From: an uncultured Chloroflexia bacterium
GTDB taxonomy: Bacteria; Chloroflexota; Limnocylindria; Limnocylindrales; CSP1-4
NCBI GenBank assembly: GCA_963778955.1
Contig: CAVZWI010000001.1
Coordinates: 1,074,383 to 1,138,382 of the forward strand
Reading direction: 5' to 3'
Length of the DNA: 64,000 bases
The notes under the pieces are model-generated. The model saw nothing but the letters and a program-made list of their open reading frames with translations. It was not told where the DNA came from and did no database searches. The position numbers were made by a program, and so were the translations under genes. Every line of letters starts with the position of its first letter. Positions within the stretch are counted from its first letter, which is position 1. Of this stretch, positions 49,384-61,618 are shown piece by piece.

Positions 49384-50362
49384 ATGATGAGAAACCTCAA
49401 GATCCTCAGCATCGTCGCGGCGCTTGCGTTCGCGGCCATGGCCTCCGCGGTCCCCGCGGTCGCCCAGGACGAGTCGATGGCTCCCGCGGAGATGACGTAT
49501 GACGTCTGCCTGCTGGCACCGGCCTCGACGACTCCTTACTCCGCCCGCATCAACAAGCAGATCCAGGACTACGGCGCCCAGATGGGTATCGCCGTGACGG
49601 TGCTGTCTGCTGAGCAGGACCCCGCCGTTCAGGTCGACCAGATGCGCGACTGCATCGCCAAGGGTGTGGACGCCATCATCCTCATCGCCGCCGACCTGGA
49701 AGCCCCTTGTCCGGTGCTCCAGGAGGCCAAGGACGCGGGCATCCCGGTACTCACCTCGAACGCCGGTGTGAGCTGCACGGACCTTGTGCAGGGCTTCACC
49801 GGCCCCAACTACACCCTCCAGGCCCAGATCATGGGCAATTACACCTGTGACACGCTGCTGCCTGACGGCGGTAACGTGGCCATCGTCTCGGGTGCCCTCG
49901 GCTACTCGGCCACGGTCGAGCGGACCGACGGCTTCACGTCGACCGTCGCTGAGAACTGCCCCGACGTCACCGTCATCGACACCCAGCCAACCGACTGGTC
50001 CCGACAGAGCGCGACGCAGATCGCGCGTGACTACGTCACCAAGTACGGCGCCGACGGTATCGACATGATCTATGCCGAGGACGATACCCTGGCCGCAGGC
50101 GTGGCCGAAGGCCTCGAGCAGTCCGGCGTCACGCCCGGTCGAGATCCTGCTCACGGGCATCGGCGGCAACGTCGACGGCTTCGACCTCATGACCAACGGC
50201 TGGATGCAGGCCACCATCTACCAGTCCCCCGTCATCGACGGCACGCTGGCCGTGGACACCATCCTGCGCGTCCTCGCCGGTGAGACCATCGAGCCCAACA
50301 TCCCCATCAATTCCCCGGTCATCACGCCCGACAACATGGCCGACTTCGAGCCGGCCTACTAG
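49384..50362 (+). pseudogene. Sugar ABC transporter periplasmic substrate-binding protein; one frameshift
   Basis: Signal MMRNLKILSIVAALAFAAMASAVPAVAQ and a PBP1 fold. The C-terminal 75 aa (…VEILLTGIGGNVDGFDLMTNGWMQATIYQSP) is in another frame; the break is at GGTCGAGATCC, about 50140. Confidence 0.8.
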
Positions 50363-50522
50363 TCAGGCCCCAGCGCACGACTGACGGGTGGTCGCCCATC
50401 GATCACCCGTCGGTTCGGACTTTCCCGAGGGCGAGCCGGCCACATCCTCCAGACTGGCTCGCCATCGAGCCATCATCCACATCCCCACTCGACTTCCTAC
50501 ACGCACCGGAGGCGATCGAACC

Positions 50523-51304
50523 ATGGAGCCTCGACTGGCCATCGTCACCGGCTCATCCAAGGGCATCGGGGAGGCCTGCGCTCGCCGCTTCCTCGACGAG
50601 GGCCTGTCGGTCGTCGGATCTCCACGTCTCCACCTGCCGAGCCGCTGGCATCGCACGCGAATTTCCATGCTGTCGTCGGCGACGTGGCCGATCCGGAAGC
50701 CTGGACGCGCGTCGTTGATGCCTACCGTGAAGTAGGGGTGCCTCCAACCACTCTCGTCCTCAATGCTGCCCGAGCGCACATCGGCACGGTCCTTTCGCTG
50801 GAGATGGAAGACTGGCGCCAGCAGTTCAACGACAACTTCTTCGGGGCCGTCCTCGGCACCAAGACCTGCCTGCCGGACATGATCGCGGGCGGCGGCGGCT
50901 CGGTCGTCGTGGTCTCTTCCGTGAACGGCTGGATGGCCGAGCAGGGCTTGATCGCCTATTCATCGACGAAGGCGACGCTCATCGAGTTCGCCAAGAGCCT
51001 GGCCGTGGATACGCACGACAGGGCATCCGTGCCAACGTCGTGGCGCCCGGCACGACCGACACACCGGCCTTCCGCCGTGCCATGGGCACCGCAGACGACC
51101 CGATGCATGGATCGCTGAGCGCGCCGCCCGCAACCCGTTGGGCCGGATCTCACTGCCGACGAGGTCGCCAGCGTCGTCTGGTTCCTCTCGACGGACCAGT
51201 CGGCAGGCATGACCGGGGCGGTCGTGCCCGTGGATGCTGGTCTTTCGGTCTCGTTCGACTTCCGCGACCCGGACGGCCACGGCTATCGAGACACCGAGTC
51301 GTGA
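50523..51304 (+). pseudogene. SDR family oxidoreductase, copy 2; at least 4 frameshifts
   Basis: AIVTGSSKGIGEA, LVLNAA, VVVSSVNG, YSSTKATL, VAPGTTDTP, MTGAVVPVDAG in alternating frames. Confidence 0.75.
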
Positions 51305-51382
51305 CGTCTCGGTCCGAACCGCTTTGTCGCCGACACGTGCCACGATGGGCACGTGTCTTCCCCGCTCCCCCAGGAGGCGAAC

Positions 51383-52617
51383 ATGGCGCTCCCTGAGCCG
51401 GGTGTCTTCGATCCGCTGTTGGCGTCTGCGCAGTACGCCCAGGACCCCTATCCCGCGCTCGCCGCCATCCGTGAGGCAACGCCGGTGTACTGGAGCGATG
51501 CGTGGGGCGTCTGGATCGTGACGCGCCACGAGGACGTCGTGGCCATCCTCAAGGAGCCGCAACGGTTCTCGAATGCCGGCCGGTTCAGTGTCTACCTTGA
51601 CCAGTTACCGTCCGAAGCTGCGCCGTACGTCCAGCCGCTGCGGCGCCACTACGCATCAGGGATGCTGCAGTCCGATCCGCCGGCCCACTCGCGTCTGCGT
51701 CCGCTCATCAACAAGGCCTTCACGCCCCGTGTCGTCGAGGGCTCTCGTGACCGCATCGCCGGCATCATCGACGAGCTCATCGCGGGATTCCGCCAGCGCG
51801 GGAGTGGGGACCTCCAGCGTGAGTTCGCCTACCCGCTGCCGGCCATCGTCATCGCCGAGCTGATGGGGGTCCCGGTGAGCGACCGCGATCTGCTCATTGG
51901 ACTCTCTGACGGTGTGGTCGGGATCCAGCGTTCCGGCAAAGCTGCGGTCGATGAACCTGGTGCGTTCGGCCGAAGCGATCGTGGCCATGGAGGACTACTT
52001 CGGTGACCTGTGCCGGGAGCGCAGGGCGCATCCCGGTGACGATCCATCACCGCTCTCGTCGAGGCCGAGGAGGCCGGTGATCGGCTGGATGAAGCTGAGC
52101 TGATCTCCATGTGTACGACACTGATGATCGCCGGCCACGAGACCACGCGGAACCTCATCGCCAACGGCATGCTGACACTCATGCGGCGTCCTGACGACCT
52201 GCAACGACTGCGGCAGGACGAATCCCTCCTCCTGAACGCGATCGAGGAGATGCTTCGCTACGAGAGCCCCATCCAGCGTGGTTGGCGACGCATCGCTCAA
52301 GACACGGAGCTGCACGGTCAGCAGTTACGCGAGGGCCAGCTCCTTTACCTCATGCTGGGCGCGGCCAATCGCGACCCACGTGTCTTCGACGAACCTGACG
52401 CCTTCCGCATGGAACGCAAGCCCAACCGCCACGTCGCGTTCGGGTTGGGGGTCCACTTCTGCGTGGGGGCCCCGCTCTCCAGACTGGAGGCCGGTCGACC
52501 GCATTCCCGGCGCTGCTGGCCCTGCCCGGACTGGCACTCGCGACAGAGGAGCTGGAATGGACGGCTAGCGTCACTCATCGCGGCCTCGAGTCCCTCCCGG
52601 TGGCGTTCGATGCCTGA
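51383..52617 (+). pseudogene. Cytochrome P450, copy 2 (paralog of 40565-41807); frameshifted
   Basis: AGGAGG-N5-ATG. DPYPALAAIREATPVYWSDAWGVWIVTRHEDV, MIAGHETTRNL, EEMLRYESP, FGLGVHFCVGAPLSRLEA. Breaks at about 51970-52100 and about 52495. Confidence 0.8.
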
Positions 52618-53403
52618 GCCCCATCCGCTGCTCACTCAACATCGCGTTCCACTTTCCGGGGCTGCCGCTCCATGACGCACTCGATGGGGCCGCGGCGGCC
52701 GGGTTCGGACCATCGAGCTGCTGGACCCCTACAGCACCGACCTTGATGAACTGGTGCAAGCCCTGGACCGTCGCGACTTGAAGGTAGACCTCTTCAACCT
52801 GCCCATGGGCGATTTCGCGGCCGGAGACCGCGGTTTCGCCGGTGACCCGCGGCGGCGTGAGGAATTCCAGGCCGGCGTGGAGCAGGCCGCGCGGATCGGG
52901 GCACGGCTGGGCGCAAGCAAGGTGAACGCACTGTAGGGCGTCTGGTCGACGGCGAGACCGGATCCGCGCAATACGACTGTCTCGTCGAGCAGCTCGGCTG
53001 GGCGGCGGGCCGGCTTGCCGACCAGGGTGTGCGACTGGTCACCGAGCTGCTCAACCCCGTCGAGACACCTGGCTTCCTCCTCTCCTCGCTCGGACAGGTC
53101 CGCTCGACCCTGGCTCAGCTCGATGGCCGGGTCGGGTTCCAGTTGGACGTCTATCACCTCCAGCGCACGCACGGCGAGCTCATCCCGACCATCCACCAGA
53201 TGGCGCATCTCACCAGCCACTACCAGATCGCGGATCATCCCACGCGGACCGAGCCGGGTACCGGTGAGGTCAACTACCGCAACGTCCTCTCTGCCATCGC
53301 CGCGACTGGCTACCAGGGGCTGGTCGGATGCGAGTACAAGCCCAGTGCGCCGGACGTCGATGCCTTCGCGTGGATGGACGAGCTAGGCGTCCTGAAGGCG
53401 TAG
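52610..53403 (+). pseudogene. Hydroxypyruvate isomerase-like (xylose isomerase-like TIM barrel) protein; at least 3 frameshifts
   Basis: …LNIAFHFPGLPLHDALDGAAAAGF, DLFNLPMGDFAAGDRGFAGDP, VRLVTELLNPVETPGFLL, FQLDVYHLQ, HYQIADHPTRTEPGTGEVNY, GCEYKP. Confidence 0.7.
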
Positions 53404-53482
53404 GCGAGGCGCCAGTGCGGACTAATCGCGACCGGCCGGGCAAGGAGGGGCAGGCGAGGCGAGAGGCTCGTCCACTTCCGCG

Positions 53483-54727
53483 ATGCCACCGCCCGCTATG
53501 CTTGCGGGCGTGTCACGCTCCCGCCGAGGTGCCAGCGCCTACGTCCCGCAGTACGTTCGCATCCGCGATGAGATCGGTCGCCGCATCGAGGCCGGTGAGC
53601 TCAAGCAGGGTGAGCGCAGCCCCTCGTTGCGCGAGATGTGTGACGAGTTCGGCGTCTCTTCGATCACTGCGCGCCGCGCACTCCTCGACCTGCTCAACGA
53701 GGGCATCGTCGAGCGACGCGGCGGCCTCGGAGCATTCGTCACCGGTATGCGTCGCCATTACGCATCGCCGTCATCATCATCGGCTATAGCGAGAGTGCGT
53801 GGCGCCAGAACAGCGGCTCCTTCGGACAGCTGGTCGGTGGCATCGCGTCCTCAATGTGGGAGCACGAAGCACTCCTGACCGTGTTGCCCGTGAATAATCC
53901 CCTGACCGCCTCTGTGGCCTTGCGCCAGCTGCTGCACGACCAGCCGGTTGACGGGCTGCTCTTCCGTGTCGCGGGTGACGTGGACTGGCGCGTCGTGGAC
54001 ATTCCCGCCGAGCAGGAGATCGGAGCCGTCCTCATCAAGCGCACGCCCCCGGCCACCGGCGTACCCGCAGTGCTGTCTGACGCGCGAACCGCCGGCTCCA
54101 GTGCCGTCGAACATCTCGTCGCCCTAGGTCATCGCCGTATCGGTCTGCTCTCGGCAACTGCCTCGACCGACACCTACCGCGACCACAAAGCGGGCTTCAT
54201 CGAGGCGCTTGACAGCCACGGCATCCGCGTGGGGCGGGAGTTGGTCTCCGCGGTCCAGAGCGTGTTCGCCGAGGACCAAGTGTTGCCGCGGAACGCCTTC
54301 TCGATCCTGCTAAGAAGCCTTGTCCGACGGCGATCGTCTGCAACGCCGATTTCCTGGCGCTGGATGTCTACGAGGTGGCGGCAGCACGAGGCCTTCCGCA
54401 TCCCGCAGGACCTCTCGGTGGTCAGCTTCGACGACATGGAGTTTGCGCAGCACCTGCAGCCACCGCTGACGACCGTGCGGCTCTCCTACTACGACCTTGG
54501 GGGTGAGCCGCCGCCGTCAACGCTCTTCCGCGTCCTCGATGGTGACGAGGTCCCCACGGTGCAGGAAGACCCCCGTCGAGCTCATCGTCCGGGAGTTGAC
54601 TGCTGCCGGTCTTCTGCTGAGGACGACCGGCCGGCGGGCCGCCCATATGTCGCAGGCGCCGGGCGTATACTTGCAAGGTGTGTATACACACATCGCATAC
54701 CAGCCTGCCCCTGCAGGGGCTCCCTGA
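53483..54727 (+). pseudogene. GntR-type HTH regulator fused to a LacI/PBP1-type sugar-binding domain; frameshifted
   Basis: YVRIRDEIGRRIEAGELKQGERSPSLREMCDEFGVSSITARRALLDLLNEGIVERRGGLGAFV; then …LVALGHRRIGLLS…SVVSFDDMEFAQHLQPPLTTV. The 3' end is uncertain. Confidence 0.65.
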
Positions 54728-55899
54728 CCTCTCGTGAGCGCGTCCTCCCACGGCCCTCGACCACCGAGAGCCTGACCGGGTGCCCTACGACTTCGGTGGT
54801 ACGTTCGTCACCAGCAGTCATCTACGTCGCCTATCGCCGCCTACGTGAGCACCTGGGGCTGTCGCCAGACGTCCGGTGTCGCGGACATCCGCCTCGGCCT
54901 CGCCTGGACCGACCGCGACGTCCAGGGATGCCTGCGGGGGGCGGATGTCGGCATCGTGGCCACAGGCCCACCAAAAATCCTGCCCAGCTGGCAGCTCGAG
55001 ATCGGGGACGCCGGCGCGTACCGTGAGCTCACCGATGAGTACGGCATGGGTTGGCGGCAGCCCGGGAGAGGGCGGTCTCTACTACGACCTCTTCCACAGC
55101 CCATTGGCCGACGTGGAGACGCCGGCGGAGGTGGCCTGCATATCCTTGGCCGGAATCCGACTGACCCTTATCGGTTCACCAACATCAGGGCTGACTGCGA
55201 GCGCGTGGTGTTCGAGGAGAAGCGCGCGTCCGCCTGCAAAGGCATTATCGCAGGCACGCTGGAAGTCTCGTCTCTGGATGCGGGGAATTCCAGCGGTTCT
55301 TCATGGACCTTGTCCAGGACCAGGTGCTCGCCGGAGCCATCCTTGACAAGGCACCCTAAGATCAAGTTGCGCTTCTGGGAAACTGTCTTCGCCGAGATCG
55401 GTGACATCCTCGACGTCATCTACGACGCCGACGACTACGGTAGCCAGATGGCTCCTGTTGATCGCCCCGCACCCTCTGGCGCAAGATGATCAAGCCGCGT
55501 ATCTCGGAGCTTGTATGCCTTCGTCCACGGCAACAGCCGGGCGAAGGTCTTCCTGCACTCGGACGGCGCCATCAAGTCGCTGATCCTCGGACCTCATCGA
55601 GGCGGGTGTGGACGGGCTCAACCCCGTCCAATTCACCGCGGAGGGCATGGACCTGCCGGAGCTGAAGCGGGAGTTTGGGCGGGAGAATCGCCTTCTGGGG
55701 AGGAGGCGTGGATACGCAGAAAGTGCTGCCGAGAGGCACACCCGAACAGGTGCGTGAGCAGGTGCTCCGCAACGTCGAGACGCTGATGCCTGGTGGCGGC
55801 TACATCTTCGCCACCGTCCACAACATCCAGGCCGATGTCCCCCCGGAGAACATCGTGGCCATGGTCGAGGCCCTCCGGGAGGCCGGCGTCTACCGCTAG
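54725..55899 (+). pseudogene. URO-D family protein, copy 2 (paralog of 41917-43160); many frameshifts, start codon position reads CTG
   Basis: (L)TSRERVL…DRVPYDFGGTFVTS…AYRRLREHLGL, VDGLNPVQFTAEGMD, IAFWGGGVDTQKVLPRGTPEQV, GGGYIFATVHNIQADVPPENIVAM. Confidence 0.7.
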
Positions 55900-56949
55900 T
55901 CCAGGCTGCCGCTCGCGGCCTCCGCTTCGACGGCCTCACGCACCGCGTTCCAGCCGCTGATGAAGGCATCCCTGAAGTGCTGCACGGGGCCAACTCTTCG
56001 AACTCGGTGGGGCTCAGCGCAGTGACGTCCAGCGCCCGGCGGAAATCATCGAAAGAGTTCGAGAGCTGCTCCTCGATCGCCGCGGGCGCCGATCAGCAAT
56101 CGTCTCGCGACGTTCCGGATCTGCTCGAGGCCGCAGCGTAGGTCGACCAGTTGATGGTCGCCGCATGTGGCCCGCCCACCAGGCCGGTGAGGTCGGCAGT
56201 GGTCCGGGCGCCACCGTAGAGAAGTTGCACCGGATAGTCGCGCTCGTCGACCAACCGCTTGGCAGCGCGAGCCCAGATGACCCCCGCCCACGGCACGGCC
56301 TCCGGCGCGATGTCGATGCCATCCCGGGCCGCGACCTTCTTGAGGTGATCGCCGAAGATCCCCGTGATGGGGGCCATGATGAACACGGGCGTGTTGCCGC
56401 TCTGCGCCGATGCCCGCTGGTACCGCTCGCAGGTCTCGGCGACCTGGGCGAGACTGAAGACCTCCGTCATGAGCACCGGCTGGTCGTCCTGCACCAGTTC
56501 ATCGAGAGCCGCGAGACCCGGGAGGGTCAGCGGAAACCTGGGGGATGCAGTTGGCGGCAACAGAACGGGCGACGCGCGCCGCCGCGAGGATCGGCTCTGC
56601 CGAAGTATCGAGTTCCGGTGCCCCCTGCATCGAGACCCATCCCTCACGGCCGTTGGAGCGCTCATAGATGTTGGTGAAATCGGGCAGGATGCGCTCGACC
56701 AATCGCCGCTGGACGAGAGCCACGGCTTCGTCGCCGCGAGCACCCCCGGCTAACCACGGCGGCGATGTCTGGGCAAATCTCACCGGGAGCCCGACCGAGC
56801 AGGTTTCCACCGAACGCGGAATTCGTCGTGCAGGCGACAGCGCCCTGTGCCAGGGAGAGGTCAAGTACTTCGGCGGCGGGGTGGGGTTGGTTGATCCAGA
56901 CGCGGCTGCGTGTCTCCTGCCGCAGCCACTCGAAGTACGTTTCGCTCAT
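55896..56949 (-). pseudogene. Transaldolase family protein; many frameshifts
   Basis: MSETYFEWLRQETRSRVWINQP…GAVACTTNSAF, …VFIMAPITGIFGDHLKK…, …LLYGGARTTADLTGLVGG. The stop shares a CTAG palindrome with the URO-D-2 stop. Confidence 0.65.
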
Positions 56950-57196
56950 GGGCTTCTGCTTGGCTCCTCACGCGTTACGTTGATAACCTGTCCGTCGGAC
57001 CCTGATATGCTTGCATGCACACTTGTCCCGCAGGCAAGTCCCGGCATCGCCGTAAGACGCGGGTACCATGCCGGGGCACTTGAGGGACGATTGGACATGA
57101 CTACTCCAACACCGTCAAGCAACGCCATTGGCTGCGGGTGCCCCTGTGGGGCTCTCACAGAATTGCCTCGTTCGGGCTAAGCACTCCAGGCTCTTC

Positions 57197-57864
57197 TTGG
57201 CCGTGCCGCCACCCATCGTGCAGGTCTCCATCGACGTGCCCACGGTCAAATAAGGCCATCGGAGATCGGGCACATGGCCAAGCGTGCCGGCGTCGACCTT
57301 CTCGAGTTCGGGACGCCGCTGGTGCTTGTACCAGGGTCTGTCGGTGATCGAGTCCGTTCAAGGCGGCGTTCCCCGACGATCCCGTGCTGGCCGATGTCAA
57401 GATCGTCGATGGTGCCAGGAAGTACGTCGTCTCCGCGGCCAGGATGGGGGCAGACTTCGTCACCATCTGTGGCGTCGCACATGACGCCAGCATCCGGCAG
57501 GCGCTCGAGGGTCAGGCCGAGACGGGCATCACCGTCGTGGTCGATTTGTATGCGGCTCCCGATCCGGTGCGAGCGCGCACGTGAGGTCGTGGAGATGGGT
57601 GCGCAGGTGGTGCTCGTTCACTACGGTGGCGATGCCCGGCTCGGAGAAGCCGGATGCGGACGACACCATCGAGATGCTCACCCGCACCAAGACGGCCGTC
57701 GACGTGCCGGTGGGCATCGTGACCTTCGACCCGGCCGGTGGTGAGAGCGGCTGTGGCAGCAGGCGCTGACATCGTGCTGATCGGGCATCCCTACCTGTTT
57801 GGGCCCTGACGCCGAACCGATGTTGACCGAGTACGTGCAGCGAGTGAAGGCCGTCCGCGCCTGA
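57197..57864 (+). pseudogene. Orotidine-5'-phosphate decarboxylase-fold enzyme (3-hexulose-6-phosphate synthase / 3-keto-L-gulonate-6-P decarboxylase-like); many frameshifts
   Basis: VQVSIDVPTV, GVDLLEFGTPL, LADVKIVDGARKYVVSAARMGADFVTICG, VPVGIV…GADIVLIGHP in different frames. Confidence 0.6.
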
Positions 57865-57914
57865 ACGACAGATCGGGTCCGGCACCACGGATGGCCACAG
57901 GGGGGACTGGTGAC

Positions 57915-58959
57915 ATGAAAGCGATGCTGCTCAGCGCACCGTTGACGCTGGAGGGATCGTAGAGCAACCGGACCCTGTCATCGCGCGCGAGGACGATGTC
58001 CTGGTGCGTGTCCAGGGCAGCGAGCGTATGCGGCTCGGATACACACGGCTACGACGGCAAAAACGGCCGCCGTGTGGCGCCGCTCGTGATGGGACATGAG
58101 GCCAGCGGCGAGGTCGTCGCGGTCGAGGCCGGCGGTCACCGCGGTCGCCCCCGGTGACCGGGTCTTCGTCATGCCCATGCACTGGTGCGGCAGCTGCGAT
58201 GCCTGCCGCAATGGCCAGATTCGGACCTCTCTCCCAACCGCAAGGTCTACGGTGGGCGGGGACCTGCCCGGGGCCTTCGCCGAGCTGTTCCTGGTGAGCG
58301 AGCGGACGGCCATTCCCATCCCCGACGCAGGTCAGCTTCCAGCAGGCTGCCCTTATCGAGCCCCTGGCCGTGGTCGTCAAGGGCCTCTCGCGCGCGAAGA
58401 TGGACGCCGGTGACAGCGCTGCCGTCATCGGCGGCGGCCCGATCGGGCTCATCGCCACCGCGGTCTTGGCCCTGCACCGTCCACGCCAACTGATCGTCCT
58501 TGAGCCGCTGTTTGCCGCCAGGCGCGAGATCGCCCGGCAGAATGGGCGCTACGCTCGTCCTCGATCCCACGGCCGACGACGCCATGGACGCCCTCATGCA
58601 GGCCACCGCTGGTCTGGGCACCAGACCTGACCGTCGAGGCTGTGGGGCTCCACGGCCTCTGTCGCCTCGGCGGTGGGTGCGACGGCACGCCGGCGGTCAG
58701 CTCGTGTGGCGGGCTAGGGCAACGTCGGTCGAGTCGTTGAGGATCGACGAGTTCAAGGTCGTGTGGAACCAGCTGACAATTCACGCGAGCGTCGGTGTCA
58801 GCCGCCAGTCGGTCGAACGGGCGATCAAGCTCATCGCCGATGGCTCGGTGCCGGTGGGTGAACATCCTGACGCTGGATGTGCCCCTGGACGACGCCGTGG
58901 AGGCATTCCACCGAACCGCGCGCGACCCTGACGTGGTGAAGACCATCATCCGCCCCTGA
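57915..58959 (+). pseudogene. Zinc-dependent alcohol/polyol dehydrogenase family protein, copy 2; many frameshifts
   Basis: VCGSDTHGYDG…MGHEASGEVV, GDRVFVMPMHWCGSCDACRNGQ, AAVIGGGPIGLIA, tail DDAVEAFHRTARDPDVVKTIIRP. The first break is at GAGGGATCG, about 57955. Confidence 0.75.
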
Positions 58960-58965
58960 GGGTGG

Positions 58966-60635
58966 TCAGCCGGGGCGGGGAGAGGATTCAGTCAGCCCTC
59001 CGACGAGCAGCTGCCGGCATCGCCCCGGCCATCGCGCTTGAGCGGAGGGGCCAGCACGAGGTGGCGCCGGCGTCGAGCGCGCCCCGCGACGCTCGCCCAG
59101 CCGGCTCGCCCGGCCAACCGGGCGACCAGTCTCGCGTCGACTCGGCCCCGCTCGGCCGCCGCGGCCATGCCTCGAGCGCCTCCGCAAACGAGTCGCCGGC
59201 ATCGACCGCGGCGAGGCCCGGCCGCGGGCACCAGCACGTCGAGCAGCGTCTTGTCGCCGACGCGCGCTCGCCGATGTCACGGCCGCGCGGCCGGCGTCGA
59301 GCATCCGGCCGAGACGCGGCGCGTCGACTGGCGCTCGGCGCCTGCCGGCGGCGGCCATGTCGAGGAAGAGTGCCGTAGAGCGGGCCCATGGCGCCGCCGA
59401 TCTCGGTGATCAGCACTCACCGAGGACTCAGGCCCTCGCCAGGCCGACGGGTCGCGCCCGACTGCTCCGCGCGCACGCCAGAAGCCCTTGTCCATGTTGA
59501 CGCCGTGATCGCCGTCCCCGTCGCGCCGTCGATCTCGCTGAGCCGCACGGCGTTGTCGTGGATCGCCTCGATGAGGGCGTCCACGACGGCGCGTCCCTCG
59601 GTTGCCGGGACAGGACTTCACGTCGCGTCATGCCGCAACTGGCCAGGCCGACGCATCGGCATCCGCGTCGATCAGCGTCCTGAGCTCGTCGTCGAGTCGC
59701 ATCACGGTCAGCGGTCACGCCCATCATCTCGAGCGAGGTGAAGTAGTTGCCGACGTACGCACGATGGACGCGCAGCCCTGCGTCGTCGAGGAGTGCCCGC
59801 GATGTCGACCGAACAGGATGTACAGCTCCATCACGGGCGTCGCGCCGAGACCGGACAGAGGACCACGACGTCGTCGCCCGCCGCGAACGGCAGGTCCGGC
59901 AGGACGAGTCGAGCATCATGCGCGGCCATCTCGCGCGCCGGGCAGCGGCTCGACCGCGACGCCCGGCTCGCCGTGGTGGCCGATGCCGACCTCCATCGTC
60001 CCGGGCTCGATGCTGAAGTTGGGCTTGCCGACGGCCGGGATCGTGCACGGCGTCAGCCCGATGCCGACGCTCCGGGTCTTGTCGATCGCGTGCTGCGCCG
60101 CCGCGATGACCTCGTCGAGCGTGCCGCCGGCGGCGGCCTTGCGCCCCCGACCTTCCACATGCAGGACCTCGCCGGCGACACCGCGCCGTTTCTCGCGCTC
60201 GTCTGCGGCGGCGCCGAGGGCACGTCGTCGTTCGCGACAACGGTCTCGACCCGAATCCCTTCGCCTGCGGCCATCCGGCGGGCCAGCTTGACGTTCATGT
60301 TGTCGCCGGCGTAGTTGCCGTACAGGCAGGCGACGCCCCTGGCCGCCGTCCGCGGCCTGGAAGGCATCGAGGAACGCTTTGGCCGACGGGCGACGAGAAG
60401 ATCTCGCCGATGGCGACGGCATCGACCATGTTGCGGCCGAGGTAGCCGATGAAGGCTGGCTCGTGGCCGGAGCCGCCGCCCGTCACGAGGCCGACCTTGC
60501 CGTCGACTGGGCGCTCGGACGGTAGCGCAGGACCCGAGGGTTCTCGGTCGCGGCGACGACGTCGCGATGCGCGCGCAGGAAGCCCCTGAGCATGTCCTCG
60601 ACAACCTGCGACGGGTCGTTGATGATCCGTTGCAT
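58966..60635 (-). pseudogene. Dihydroxyacetone kinase (fused DhaK-DhaL type); many frameshifts
   Basis: [71 protein letters not shown], and DhaL-type GGAMGPLYGT and GDKT-like segments, spread across frames. Confidence 0.75.
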
Positions 60636-60735
60636 GGGTCTCTCCCTGATCGGCTCCTACTGCTGGTTCGCAGGTATGCATACACGCTTGCTTCCAGCCT
60701 AACGTCCTACGCCGGGCTGGGCAAGTGCGTGGCCG

Positions 60736-61618
60736 TCAGATGCGGAAGTAGCGCTCGAGCGTTTCCGCTGAACATGGCCGTCTGCTCTTGGTGGGGGAGT
60801 CGCGGATGAGCGTCGCCCAGGTGTCCACCACGTCGGGGTAGGAGGCGAAGAGCCGCCCGAAGGGCCAATTCGAGGCGAAGATCGCGCGCTCAGGCCCGAA
60901 CGCCTCGATGCACGCCATCACCCACGGGCGCACGAAATCGATGGTCCAGCGTGGTATCGCCGATGTCGAGCCCAAAATCTTCACGATGACGTTGGGGGCC
61001 TCGGCCAAGTCCAATCTGTCGCCGCCAGAAGTCGAAGTACGCGTCGTCGCGCTGGCGTGGGAAGCCTGCGTGGTCCAGGCACACGCGCATGTCCGGGTAG
61101 TCGCTGGCAAGCCGTTTGACGTCGGGATACGTCTCCGGCTTGGCGTGGACGCAGCTGACGAGCTGATGCTTCCCGAGGAGGGCGAAGCCCCGCCGCCAGG
61201 CGGCGTCGCCCAGATATCTGCATCGTCTCGATACTCGCGCACACCGCGTACGTTCGGAAAGGCCATGTGACGCTCGATCACGGCCTCTGCGTCCGGCTGT
61301 GCGAGGTGGACCTCGGCGACGATGCCGTGCGGGTGGCCGAGCCGGTCGGCGAACGCCTGGATTCAGCGAGTCTCCTCGACGGGATCGAGATCCGCCCGCG
61401 CATTGGACGTGGATGGATTTCACGACGTTGGCGAAGCGCGTCTCGGCGAGCCAGTCGTCGGCCCAGTAGCGCGAGGCCTTGATGGCGCGGATGTCCTCGA
61501 TGATCTCGTGCTGCGCCCCGGGCTTCAGGAGGTCGTACCGGAGGTCGGGTTCCTCCAGGTCGTAGAAGTGGACATGCGTATCGATGAAGGGCAGATGAGC
61601 CACGCGGAAGCTCCTCAT
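60736..61618 (-). pseudogene. Amidohydrolase-2 (TIM-barrel metal-dependent hydrolase) family protein; at least 4 frameshifts
   Basis: FIDTHVHFYDL, RVCLDHAGFP, ERAIFASNWPF…TLERYFRI in different frames. Confidence 0.7.
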
